This document shows positions 1-9,168 of a stretch of DNA of 64,000 nt, piece by piece. The stretch comes from an uncultured Clostridia bacterium (GTDB lineage: Bacteria; Bacillota; Clostridia; Oscillospirales; CAG-272), in the NCBI GenBank assembly GCA_947625805.1, contig CANQPT010000003.1, forward strand, positions 8,247-72,246, written 5' to 3'. A program made the translations under genes and the position numbers. Position 1 is the stretch's first letter. Each line of letters begins with the position of its first letter. The notes below the pieces were generated by a model. The model was not told the origin of the DNA, searched no databases, and saw only the letters and a program-made list of their open reading frames with translations.

Positions 1-2
1 CC

Positions 3-506
3 GCTTTGCGCAACAACAATACCCGTATGTTCCGCATGCTCGGCCCGGACACCGGATATGACTCGATCGACGACGTGGGCATCGCCCGCCCGCTTTCGGC
101 GCTGCTTGATGCTATGGATCAGGAGAACGACCTGCCCAAAACCATTCTGTATTCGCTCAATCCCAAGGACAATTATGTGCTGGCGACCATGCTGGGCAAT
201 TTCCAACGGGATATTCCCGGCAAACTGCAGTTGGGCAGCGGCTGGTGGTTTAACGATCAGCGGGACGGCATGGAGGAGCAGATGTGCGCCCTTGCCAACC
301 TCGGTCTGCTCAGCCGCTTTGTGGGTATGCTGACTGACTCGCGTTCCTTTTTGTCCTATACCCGCCACGACTATTTCCGCCGGATCTTGTGCAATCTGAT
401 CGGCTCTTGGGTGGAAGCGGGCGAATATCCCGCAAATCTTGACCGCCTCGGCAAGATCGTGCAGGATATCTGCTATCACAATGCCGTGAATTATTTTGAT
501 TTCTGA
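3..506 (+). CDS. uxaC: Glucuronate isomerase, C-terminal part (runs off left edge)
   Basis: Motifs [19 protein letters not shown] and [23 protein letters not shown] are characteristic of UxaC; the frame is open to the window edge. Confidence 0.95.
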   Translation, partial: ALRNNNTRMFRMLGPDTGYDSIDDVGIARPLSALLDAMDQENDLPKTILYSLNPKDNYVLATMLGNFQRDIPGKLQLGSGWWFNDQRDGMEEQMCALANLGLLSRFVGMLTDSRSFLSYTRHDYFRRILCNLIGSWVEAGEYPANLDRLGKIVQDICYHNAVNYFDF

Positions 507-512
507 CCCTAT

Positions 513-535
513 CCGCACGCACAGCGTGCGGTTTT
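513..535 (+). terminator. Intrinsic terminator after uxaC
   Basis: CCGCACGC-aca-GCGTGCGG stem followed by TTTT, 7 nt after the stop codon. Confidence 0.65.
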
Positions 536-600
536 CTCTTAAAAAGAGAAACGTTCTCTCGCAAAGAGAGGTTTACAAATCGGTCAAATATTGTTATACT
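534..600 (+). promoter_or_regulatory. SigmaA promoter of the XRE gene with two upstream 17-bp dyads
   Basis: TTTACA (572-577), 17 nt, TGtTATACT (-10 at 595-600); dyads TTCTCT-N5-AGAGAR at 534-550 and 554-570. Confidence 0.65.
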
Positions 601-643
601 TATAAAGTAAGGAGGCGCTAGGCCATTATACAAAGGAGCAGAG

Positions 644-1846
644 ATGAAACTCAATTTGTCAACCAACCTGCGCAGGCTTCGCACGGCCAAGGGTCTGACG
701 CAGGAAAATCTTGCCGTGCTGCTGGGCGTGACGCACAAGGCCGTCTCGCGCTGGGAGACCGGAGCCGCCTATCCCGATATCGAACTGCTGCCTACGCTCG
801 CTGAGCACTTTGGCGTATGCATCGAGGAATTGCTCGGTACGACCAATGCCGAGCGGGAGCGGGCGAGTGAAGAATACTATGCGCGCCTGCGCCGCATTCC
901 CAAAGAGGAAACCGATGCGGCGATCGGGCTTTTGCGGGAAATGCATCGGGAATTTCCACGGGACACCAACGTGATTTTGCTGCTTTGCGATTCGATCAGC
1001 GATCAGGTGATCGAGGAGGGAAAAACCGAACTTCTCGACCAACTGCGCCGATATACCGGCGAGATCATCGCGCTGAACGGCAGGGACGACAGCGACGCCC
1101 AATGGGCCATCCAGATGCTGATCGACGCGGAAGATGAGGAACACGTGCAGCCCTTGCTGGAAACGTATACCGCGACTTTCGGACGCTCCCGCGAACTGGT
1201 TTTGGAATACCGCTATCTGGTGCGGCATGAGTGGGAAAGACACGCTCTCGAGCACCAGAAGAATCTTTTGCACGCCGTTCGCATGGCTTACTACCGCCTT
1301 GGAAAAAACGACCCGCGAAATGAGGATGCACACGACTGTTTATGGACCGTTCAAAAGGAACTTGCCCTCATTGATCTTTTGACCGATCATGCCGATCCCA
1401 CCGTGCCCGATTTGTGGTTTGAGCCGCGCTTTCACGCCATGATCGGTTTCTCCTGTTATCTTGCCGCAACAGGAGAAAAGGAAAGGGCTCTCTCAACCCT
1501 TGAGGCGGCAGTCGATCTGTACGAAGCGTTTTGGGCGCTCCCCGACGGCACGCGGCTCACCTATCGCTGTTACCGGCTGGATCAGTTGGGGGGCACGGTC
1601 GAGCATACGGTTTACATCCGGTATGACGCCGGGCAGGACGGACAGGAGAGGACGTTTGAGTCGCGGCGGGTCGTGCACGATCTGGGGTACGGTGAGTCGA
1701 TCGATCCGGAAAGAGATCATGAGCCGTTGATCGCCCGACAGGGCTGGGCATGGTTTGATGCCATCCGCGGCGAAAAACGCTATCAGGACTGTGTCGGGCG
1801 CATGAAAAAATTGATTATTGATGCCCCCGACGCAGGACAACGATGA
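644..1846 (+). CDS. XRE-family HTH regulator with long helical (TPR-like) C-terminal region
   Basis: N-terminal LRRLRTAKGLTQENLAVLLGVTHKAVSRWETG is a Cro/C1 HTH; AAGGAG RBS; about 330 further, mostly helical-looking residues. Confidence 0.85.
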   Translation: MKLNLSTNLRRLRTAKGLTQENLAVLLGVTHKAVSRWETGAAYPDIELLPTLAEHFGVCIEELLGTTNAERERASEEYYARLRRIPKEETDAAIGLLREMHREFPRDTNVILLLCDSISDQVIEEGKTELLDQLRRYTGEIIALNGRDDSDAQWAIQMLIDAEDEEHVQPLLETYTATFGRSRELVLEYRYLVRHEWERHALEHQKNLLHAVRMAYYRLGKNDPRNEDAHDCLWTVQKELALIDLLTDHADPTVPDLWFEPRFHAMIGFSCYLAATGEKERALSTLEAAVDLYEAFWALPDGTRLTYRCYRLDQLGGTVEHTVYIRYDAGQDGQERTFESRRVVHDLGYGESIDPERDHEPLIARQGWAWFDAIRGEKRYQDCVGRMKKLIIDAPDAGQR

Positions 1847-1959
1847 TGAAATGACGGTATGTGCAAACCAGCTTTCCCCTCGAGAGAAAGACGGGTACGG
1901 TGCACGCCGTTTGTCTGCGTACGAATAAAAAGCATACCGAGCACTCCTCGCTCCGTATG

Positions 1960-1994
1960 AAAAAAGGGAGGACACCCTTCGGGCGTTCTCCCTT
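1960..1994. terminator. Hairpin terminator between convergent XRE gene and uidA
   Basis: AAGGGAG-GACACCC-ttcg-GGCGTT-CTCCCTT with an A6 run on the left (U tract for the minus strand). Confidence 0.55.
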
Positions 1995-2006
1995 GAAATT
2001 TTTGCT

Positions 2007-3686
2007 TTAGTCGAGTTTCCCGTACAGTTCTTTGAGCGCGTAGTAGGCGAGTTTGGGCTGACGGTGCTCGTTCACAATGCCCTTGTTGTTAAAACTGCGC
2101 GCACGGTTGAGCTCGTTTTCCGAGCGGATGTCGCAGTACTGCCACGGGTAGGTACCCACGATGCCCGGCTCGGCGATGCACAGTTCGGTAACGCCTTTGA
2201 GTAAAGACGCCTGGTATTCCTCAGTCCACTTGTTGCCGTCAAAGCTGGTATATCCGTAAAGCCCTGCGGCGCCGTACTCGGAAAGAATGATCGGCTTGTC
2301 CGGCACGCCCGCCTCGGTCAGGCGGGTGCGAAGCCAAGGGATGAATTTCTTCCAGCCGTTCACGTCCTCGCCATACCAGCCGATATACTTGTTGACCGAC
2401 ACCACGTCAACCAGATCGAGGCAAATATCCCATTCGATCACGTTGCTTGCGAAGGTGATCAGACGGTTGCCGCCGTGCGCGCGCATATAATCCGCCAAGA
2501 GAATGCTGAACGCACGTCCCTCGTTGGTATTGGTAGCGCACTCGTTGGTCAGCCCCCAAATGACGATCGACGGGTGGTTGTAGTAGTGCTCGGCGCTCTC
2601 CTTGTGCATGGTCAGACTGCGCTGTATGACCACCTCGTCGGCCATGCGGTCTGCGGGATAGCCCCACAGCGGGATTTCGCTCCAGAAGATCAGACCTTCC
2701 TCGTCTAACAGATCGAGAAATACGCGGGAGTTGGGGTAATGCGAGCCGCGAATGGCGTTGCAGTGCATTCCCTTGATGACGTCCACGTCCCGCTTGCCTA
2801 ACTGCGGCGGTACGGCAAAACCCCAGTCCGGGTGTTCCTCGTGTCGGTTGACGCCCTTGATGAAGATCGGGCGGCCGTTGAGGTGAATTTCCTGTCCCAC
2901 GACCTCGATCTTACGGAAACCGATCCGATCGTAGAGATCATCGCAGCAGGTATACACGCCCACCGAATAGAGGTTGCCTTTGTAAATATCCCATAAACGG
3001 ATATGTTCCACTGCGATCGGACCAAGCACGACGGTTGTAGGCTTATCGGGAGTTACGGTGACCTCGGCCTTTGCTGCATCCTTGCCGTCAAAGGTAAAGG
3101 TGAGCGGTACGCTCTTTTGCTCGAATGCGCAAAGGGTGACCGTCGCGGTGAGTTGTGCATAGGTCCGGTCCTCCGAGAGGGTGTAGTCGTAGTGGCAGAG
3201 GTCGATATAGACCGCAGGCAGGGTCGACAGCTCGACGTCGCGGATAATCCCGCCGTAGTGATACCAGTCCACATAGGGCAGGGGAATGGTCTGCGAATTG
3301 CTGGATGCGTCTACATATACCGTGATGCGGTGTGCGCCCTCGGGTGCGGTGTGGGCAAAGCGGAAAGCGGAAAATCCGCCGTAATGATCGCCTAACAACT
3401 CGCCGTCAAAATACACCTTGGCATAGCCTGATACCGCGCCGAATTCCAGCAGCAGATTTCCGCCCGCGGTGAAAATGTCCTTTTGATACCAGCAGATGCC
3501 GAAATGATGGAAGAGATCCGGCTCGTTGTTCCAGACCGACGGCACGATGACCGTGCGCGCCTCTTCCGGCAGGGATTTGTTCCATTCCTGCGCCTCGCCC
3601 ACCCCGTCAAAATCGGGCATCAGTTTCCAAGCGCCGTTCAGCGAGGTGACCGTGCGCTTTACGTGTTGCGCAAATAATCTTGTCAA
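2007..3686 (-). CDS. uidA: Beta-glucuronidase, GH2
   Basis: GH2 motifs GVNRHE, RGSHYP, acid/base TNE, nucleophile LSEYGA and GUS-type NNKG motif; adjacent to uxaC; upstream TTGACA-17-TAAACT promoter and AAAGGA RBS before a TTG start. Confidence 0.88.
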   Translation of the reverse strand: MTRLFAQHVKRTVTSLNGAWKLMPDFDGVGEAQEWNKSLPEEARTVIVPSVWNNEPDLFHHFGICWYQKDIFTAGGNLLLEFGAVSGYAKVYFDGELLGDHYGGFSAFRFAHTAPEGAHRITVYVDASSNSQTIPLPYVDWYHYGGIIRDVELSTLPAVYIDLCHYDYTLSEDRTYAQLTATVTLCAFEQKSVPLTFTFDGKDAAKAEVTVTPDKPTTVVLGPIAVEHIRLWDIYKGNLYSVGVYTCCDDLYDRIGFRKIEVVGQEIHLNGRPIFIKGVNRHEEHPDWGFAVPPQLGKRDVDVIKGMHCNAIRGSHYPNSRVFLDLLDEEGLIFWSEIPLWGYPADRMADEVVIQRSLTMHKESAEHYYNHPSIVIWGLTNECATNTNEGRAFSILLADYMRAHGGNRLITFASNVIEWDICLDLVDVVSVNKYIGWYGEDVNGWKKFIPWLRTRLTEAGVPDKPIILSEYGAAGLYGYTSFDGNKWTEEYQASLLKGVTELCIAEPGIVGTYPWQYCDIRSENELNRARSFNNKGIVNEHRQPKLAYYALKELYGKLD

Positions 3687-3831
3687 TGCTTTTGGGTCCT
3701 TTCATGATTCATGGATTCTGTGTGCAGTTTACCATAGCTCGGGCGCTTTGTCAATGTTTTTCACGGTATTTCCGAGATTGATTTTTCCTGCCGCTTGTGA
3801 TATACTGTGTAGGAAACGGAGGAAGTACAAA

Positions 3832-5724
3832 ATGGCGGAATTTTTACCGGTTACCCGCAAGGAAACAGAAGAACGCGGCTGGGACGCGCCTGATTTTGTG
3901 TATGTGTCGGGGGACGCGTATGTTGACCATCCGAGTTTTGGCCCGGCGCTGATCTGCCGGGTGCTGGAGGACGCGGGCTATCGGGTCGCCATGCTCGCCC
4001 AACCCGATTTTCGCTCCTGTGACGACTTCCGCCGGTTTGGAAAGCCAAAACTCGGCTTTTTGGTGTCGGCGGGCAATATCGACTCAATGGTCGCCCACTA
4101 TACCGTTTCCAAGAAAAAACGCAATTTTGACTATTATTCTCCCGGCGGCAAGCCGGGTCTGCGCCCCGATCGCGCGGTCATTGTCTACTGCAATCGCATT
4201 CGCGAGGCCTACGGTGATATCCCGATCATCATCGACGGACTGGAGGCGTCTTTGCGCCGGTTTGCCCATTATGATTATTGGGAGGATCGCATTCGCCGCA
4301 GTGTGCTGGTCGACTCGCGTGCCGACCTGCTGACCTACGGCATGGGGGAGAACATCCTGCTTCGGCTGGCCCAACTGCTCTCCCGGGGCATTCCTGTGCG
4401 CAAGATCCGCGACGTGCGCGGCACGGTCTATCTTGCCCCTGCCGACCAAAAGGTGCATTACGAGGTCGCGGCGGAATTTGACTTTAACAAACTCAAGTGC
4501 GACAAAGCGGAATACGCGCGTGCCTTCGGCATTCAATATAAAAATCAGGACGCGGTGAACGGCCGCGCGATCATCGAGTGGTACGACGGCAAAAAACTGG
4601 TGCAGAATCCGCCCATGCCGCCTCTCGAGCGGGAAGAACTCGACCGGGTGTACGCCCTGCCGTTTGCGCGCACCTATCACCCGTCTTATGAGAAGGACGG
4701 CGGTATTCCCGGTATTGAGGAAGTTCGCTTTTCCATCACCCACAACCGCGGCTGCTTCGGCGGGTGTAATTTCTGTGCGCTTGCCTTTCATCAAGGGCGC
4801 AGCGTGCGCTCCCGCAGCATCGAGAGCGTGGTGCGCGAGGCCGAGAAGATCGCGGCCCTTCCCGGCTTTAAGGGATATATTCACGACGTGGGCGGCCCGA
4901 CGGCCAACTTCCGCTATCCTTCCTGCCAAAAGCAACTAACCGACGGAGTGTGCGCCTCCCGCAAATGCCTTGCGCCGAAACCCTGCAAAAATTTAGCGGT
5001 CGACCACAGCGAGTATGCCGAACTGCTCCGCCGCATTCAGGCGGTGAAAGGAGTCAAAAAGGTATTTATCCGCTCGGGCATCCGCTTTGACTATCTTATG
5101 TATGACCCCGATCGCTCCTTTTTTGAAAAGCTGGTGCGCGATCATGTGAGCGGTCAGCTCAAGGTCGCCCCCGAGCATATTTCACCCTCCGTACTGCGCC
5201 ATATGGGCAAACCGGACGTGGAGGTCTACAACGCCTTCCGCGACGAATTTTTCCGGATCACGGCGGCTTGCGGCCTCGAGCAGTACCTTGTGCCGTACCT
5301 CATGTCCAGCCATCCCGGCTCGACTCTCAAGGACGCGCTCGATCTCGCGCTTTATCTCAAAAAGACCGGACTCAATCCCGAGCAGGTGCAGGATTTTTAT
5401 CCGACCCCGGGAACCGCGTCCACGGTTATGTATTATACCGGGATCGACCCGCTCACGGGCAAAAAGGTATTCACCGAAACCGACTATCACCAAAAGCAGT
5501 TACAGCGTGCACTTTTGCAGTTTTCCCGCCCGCAGATGGCGCCTCTTGTGCGGGAGGCGCTGTGCCGGCTGGGCAGGGAAGATCTGATCGGAAACGGAAA
5601 GCAATGTCTTGTGCGTCCGGCGCGGAACGGCGCTCCCGACCGCGGGCGCTATGGAAAACAAAACAAACCGCATACAGGCGGGAAGAATGTGCGCAAATCG
5701 AGCCGGAAGCGGAAGGTAAAATAA
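3832..5724 (+). CDS. ygiQ: YgiQ-family radical SAM protein
   Basis: GDAYVDHPSFG N-terminus, CxxxCxxC motif (CFGGCNFC), QVQDFYPTP; start moved to ATG 3832 after a GGAGG RBS. Confidence 0.92.
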   Translation: MAEFLPVTRKETEERGWDAPDFVYVSGDAYVDHPSFGPALICRVLEDAGYRVAMLAQPDFRSCDDFRRFGKPKLGFLVSAGNIDSMVAHYTVSKKKRNFDYYSPGGKPGLRPDRAVIVYCNRIREAYGDIPIIIDGLEASLRRFAHYDYWEDRIRRSVLVDSRADLLTYGMGENILLRLAQLLSRGIPVRKIRDVRGTVYLAPADQKVHYEVAAEFDFNKLKCDKAEYARAFGIQYKNQDAVNGRAIIEWYDGKKLVQNPPMPPLEREELDRVYALPFARTYHPSYEKDGGIPGIEEVRFSITHNRGCFGGCNFCALAFHQGRSVRSRSIESVVREAEKIAALPGFKGYIHDVGGPTANFRYPSCQKQLTDGVCASRKCLAPKPCKNLAVDHSEYAELLRRIQAVKGVKKVFIRSGIRFDYLMYDPDRSFFEKLVRDHVSGQLKVAPEHISPSVLRHMGKPDVEVYNAFRDEFFRITAACGLEQYLVPYLMSSHPGSTLKDALDLALYLKKTGLNPEQVQDFYPTPGTASTVMYYTGIDPLTGKKVFTETDYHQKQLQRALLQFSRPQMAPLVREALCRLGREDLIGNGKQCLVRPARNGAPDRGRYGKQNKPHTGGKNVRKSSRKRKVK

Positions 5725-5747
5725 GCCCTCTCCCGAGGGGAGAGGGC
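5725..5747. repeat. GC-rich palindrome between convergent genes (terminator or REP-like)
   Basis: GCCCTCTCCC-gag-GGGAGAGGGC, perfect 10-bp stem, no clear U tract. Confidence 0.5.
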
Positions 5748-5766
5748 GGCTGTGTGACGTATGTTT

Positions 5767-6357
5767 TTATCTGCGGACTTCTTTCATGGTGAGCGCTTCT
5801 TTGTTTAAGAATTTCATTACCTTGAGCGCCTTTTGGGTCGCGTCAAAGAATACGACGCTCTTTTTCCCGTCCTGCTCGAACAGCGCAAAGTAGATGTCCG
5901 GCTCGGACAGGGTGGAGCAATACTCGTAGCGATTGACGATGTCAGCCGCATCGGCCAGTTCTTTTTTGTCGCTGTGATAGGGGGCGATAACGCTCATGGT
6001 GCTGACGCGCACTTTGAGGATCTCCTCTTTCTTTTTCTTACCGCCCAAAAACTTGTCGAAGATCATGTCGCCGCCGAGAATACTGTATCGGAATTCGGTC
6101 AGGATCATGGGCGTGGTCAGGTATGCAAGGAACCACGTTCCCGTTGCCAACAGGATCGCGCCTAAAAAGACGAATACGCCGCCGATCCGAAAGATCAGCA
6201 GAAGCATTCCGATGACCCACGCGGCAAGGATCAGAATTCGTGCGATCTTGAGCAGTTTATATTTGCCCTCCGCCTTTTTTTCGACCGTCATTTCCGCGAA
6301 GTTGCCGGACTCGTGCTGACCCCGGGACACATAAAGGTCAAGATTTTTCTTTGCCAT
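5767..6357 (-). CDS. Conserved membrane protein (DUF6106-like; two TM helices plus soluble domain)
   Basis: AGGAG RBS; two hydrophobic segments then EFRYSI...FD and VVFFDAT; family assignment is from memory only. Confidence 0.6.
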   Translation of the reverse strand: MAKKNLDLYVSRGQHESGNFAEMTVEKKAEGKYKLLKIARILILAAWVIGMLLLIFRIGGVFVFLGAILLATGTWFLAYLTTPMILTEFRYSILGGDMIFDKFLGGKKKKEEILKVRVSTMSVIAPYHSDKKELADAADIVNRYEYCSTLSEPDIYFALFEQDGKKSVVFFDATQKALKVMKFLNKEALTMKEVRR

Positions 6358-6507
6358 AATGTTTTCTCCTTAAAAACAATCAAAATATACCGTCAAACGG
6401 CTCAAAAAGCGTTTGTTCAGTTTACCAACCCCTATTATACTATATATTGCACAAAATAGCAACGATTTTTTTTGACAGAATGCCGAATGATTTTTTGTAA
6501 CAAATTC

Positions 6508-6536
6508 TTGCATTACAGGGAAAAGTATGCTATAAT
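6508..6536 (+). promoter_or_regulatory. Extended -10 sigmaA promoter of hup
   Basis: TTGCAT, 17 nt, TGcTATAAT. Confidence 0.7.
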
Positions 6537-6596
6537 GGACGGGTAATTCGAGAAACTGTAAGGAATTACGGTAAAAAGTTATGGAGGTATATTGAG

Positions 6597-6872
6597 ATGA
6601 ACAAGACCGAATTGGTAGCTGCTGTTGCAGAAAAAGCAGGTCTGACCAAGAAGGACGCTGAAGCGGCTGTTGCAGCGTTTACCGCATCTGTTGAGTCCGC
6701 TCTGAAGGCAGGCGAAAAGGTACAGTTGGTTGGCTTCGGTACTTTTGAAGTACGAGAGAGAAGCGCAAGACAGGGCCGCAACCCGCAGACCGGCAAGTCT
6801 GTCACCATTCCCGCGTCTAAAGTTCCTGCGTTCAAAGCAGGCAAGGCATTCAAGGACGCAATCGCAAAATAA
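6597..6872 (+). CDS. hup: DNA-binding protein HU
   Basis: MNKTELV...[25 protein letters not shown]...VPAFKAGK, canonical HU. Confidence 0.98.
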   Translation: MNKTELVAAVAEKAGLTKKDAEAAVAAFTASVESALKAGEKVQLVGFGTFEVRERSARQGRNPQTGKSVTIPASKVPAFKAGKAFKDAIAK

Positions 6873-6883
6873 GTACACTATAA

Positions 6884-6915
6884 AAAAGAAGTCTGTCGCG
6901 TGACGGACTTCTTTT
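6884..6915 (+). terminator. Intrinsic terminator after hup
   Basis: AAAAGAAGTCTGTC-gcgt-GACGGACTTCTTTT. Confidence 0.75.
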
Positions 6916-6927
6916 CCCTTTTGAACC

Positions 6928-9132
6928 ATGAGATTTCTAAGGTACCGGCATCTGATGCAGTGCTCGCTTGCATTTTTGATCTCTCTCGGCATATTCGCAC
7001 ATACCCGCCTGAGTGTCGCGCTGACGGCTGCGGCAGTGTGTGCGGTCGGTCTTGCAGTGAGCATAGTCATATGGTTTTTTCGGCACACTGCGGCGACAGC
7101 CCAGGCGTGTTTTCTTTTTCTATGCTCCCTTGTCGGTGCGCTGCTTGCGTATTTTGTTTTCTTCCGCTATCCTGCCGGGATCTATGCCGAGGCAGGGCAG
7201 ACCCGCGAGGTCAGTCTTACGGTGGAAGATACGCTGTCTGAATCGGTCTATGCCTCGGAGTATCGGGTGCGCGTGGACGGCACGCAGGATATTCCGGCTT
7301 TTCGCGCAATCCTGCGGTGTGACTACGCCGCGGGGTACAGCCGGGGTGATCGGGTGACCGGAAATGTGACCTTTGAAGAATTTGAGCGGGATATCAACGG
7401 CTACCCGGAGCGGGATTATCAACTTTCACAGGGTGTGTTGACCGCTTTGCGCGCGAAAGAGGGGGACCTCGGCACGGCAGGAAGAAAGGAATCTTTCAGG
7501 TTTGCTTTTGCAAATGCAAGAGACGCCCTCTGTGACCGGCTGGATCGCCTGCTCTCCCCAAAGGCTGCCGGACTTGCCCGCTGTCTTTTGCTGGGTGACC
7601 GCAGTGAGTTGTCCGCCGCCGTCAGACGGGATTTCAGACGGCTGGGTCTTTCCCATATGCTGGCAATGTCCGGTCTGCACCTGACCGTGCTGTTCGGTGC
7701 ATTGTATATGCTCATGCGCATGCTTGCCCTGCATCGCTCGGTCGCAAACGGTATTTTGGGCGTATGTCTTGTTGCGTTTATGATGTTGACCGCATTTCCC
7801 GCTTCCCTTACCCGCGCCGGCTGCAGTATGATCCTTATTATTCTGTGTTACTATATCAAAAAGCGTCCGGATCCTGCGACCGTGCTTTGCTTTGCGGTTG
7901 CGCTTATCTGTCTTTTCGATCCCTACTCGGCCTTTGATACCGGTCTGCAATTATCCTTTGCCGCCACCCTCGGGATTGTGACGGTGGTACCTCTTGCGGA
8001 TAAAGCCCTGTCCGAGCGGGAGTTGCCGCGCGGGGTGAGCAAAGTACTGCTTGCCCTGTTTACCGGTGTGACGGCTCTGACCTTTACACTGCCGATCAGC
8101 GCGTATACTTACGGCGTCTTTTCCTTTGCCGGAGTGCTTTCCACGCTGCTGTTCACCTTGCCTTTCAGCGCCATGCTCTGTCTTTTTCCGCTGACGCTTT
8201 TGTTCGGGCAGATCCCGGCGGTAGGCGATCTGCTTGTCTTTGCGTCCGACCGCCTGACAGAATATACCGTCGGATTTGCAGACTGGTGTGCCGATTGCTG
8301 CGACCTTACGGTTTCGCTTTACTATCCCTTTGCCCTGTGGGCGGTGTTTGGCTTTTGCGTCGTATTTGCGCTGTTTGTGATCATAGCCCCGAGAAAACCG
8401 CTTGTCTGGCTCGCACCCCTGCTTATCTTCAGTCTTGTGCTGTCCTGCGGGGTCGGCGTTTACGGGGCACGCACCCAAGACCGTTTTCAGGCGGTGGTGT
8501 GTACGATCGATCAGAACGATTGTATCGGCGTCCGCTCGGGCGCATCGGTGGGAATTCTCGATATCACAAACGCATCTTCCGCTCCGTCCGCGCGCATTCG
8601 ATATCTTAGCCGGACCGAGTTGTATGCAACCGAATACGAATACTATATCCTTGTAAACTACTATAAGAAGAGCGCTTGGTTCCTTTCATCGCTTTTACAA
8701 AACGAGAAAATTGCGTGCGTCTATTTACCGGCTGACGCGGCAAAAGAAAATTCGGATGCGCTTGAGCGGATGGTTTCCGGGTACGGCGCGCAGGCGGTCT
8801 TTTATCGTTATGGAGAAACCTTTATCGCGGGCGGGGTAGAATATCGGATCGCTCAGCCATCCTATCTTGACCGTTCCAAACGCCCGATCCACAAGATCAC
8901 CGCTTGCGCGGGCGGCAAAACTCTGTGCTATCTGGGCGCTGCGTATTTTGAAACCGGGCAGACCGCGCCCCAAGCCGATGTGCTGATTGCCGGAGGGTAC
9001 GGACCGCTATACAAGCAGGAGTTTGCCTGTGAGAGGCCGATATTTGTCTGCAATCTGGCCGAGGAGTTTTGCCAGGGGGAAAATTACACGGTATATCGGG
9101 ACCGGACCTCTGTTATACTAAATAATGATTGA
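6928..9132 (+). CDS. comEC: ComEC/Rec2 competence DNA-uptake channel
   Basis: LLLGDRSEL, SHMLAMSGLHL, GLQLSFAAT motifs; multiple TM helices; C-terminal beta-lactamase-like region is degenerate. Confidence 0.9.
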   Translation: MRFLRYRHLMQCSLAFLISLGIFAHTRLSVALTAAAVCAVGLAVSIVIWFFRHTAATAQACFLFLCSLVGALLAYFVFFRYPAGIYAEAGQTREVSLTVEDTLSESVYASEYRVRVDGTQDIPAFRAILRCDYAAGYSRGDRVTGNVTFEEFERDINGYPERDYQLSQGVLTALRAKEGDLGTAGRKESFRFAFANARDALCDRLDRLLSPKAAGLARCLLLGDRSELSAAVRRDFRRLGLSHMLAMSGLHLTVLFGALYMLMRMLALHRSVANGILGVCLVAFMMLTAFPASLTRAGCSMILIILCYYIKKRPDPATVLCFAVALICLFDPYSAFDTGLQLSFAATLGIVTVVPLADKALSERELPRGVSKVLLALFTGVTALTFTLPISAYTYGVFSFAGVLSTLLFTLPFSAMLCLFPLTLLFGQIPAVGDLLVFASDRLTEYTVGFADWCADCCDLTVSLYYPFALWAVFGFCVVFALFVIIAPRKPLVWLAPLLIFSLVLSCGVGVYGARTQDRFQAVVCTIDQNDCIGVRSGASVGILDITNASSAPSARIRYLSRTELYATEYEYYILVNYYKKSAWFLSSLLQNEKIACVYLPADAAKENSDALERMVSGYGAQAVFYRYGETFIAGGVEYRIAQPSYLDRSKRPIHKITACAGGKTLCYLGAAYFETGQTAPQADVLIAGGYGPLYKQEFACERPIFVCNLAEEFCQGENYTVYRDRTSVILNND

Positions 9133-9168
9133 AAAAAAGAGAATTGTCATGTATAATAGGGATAAGGG

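Noticed and set aside
1858-1959. 33-codon ORF after the XRE gene as a possible signalling peptide
   Set aside because: No RBS, no signal-peptide character, and it overlaps hairpin-rich terminator DNA.
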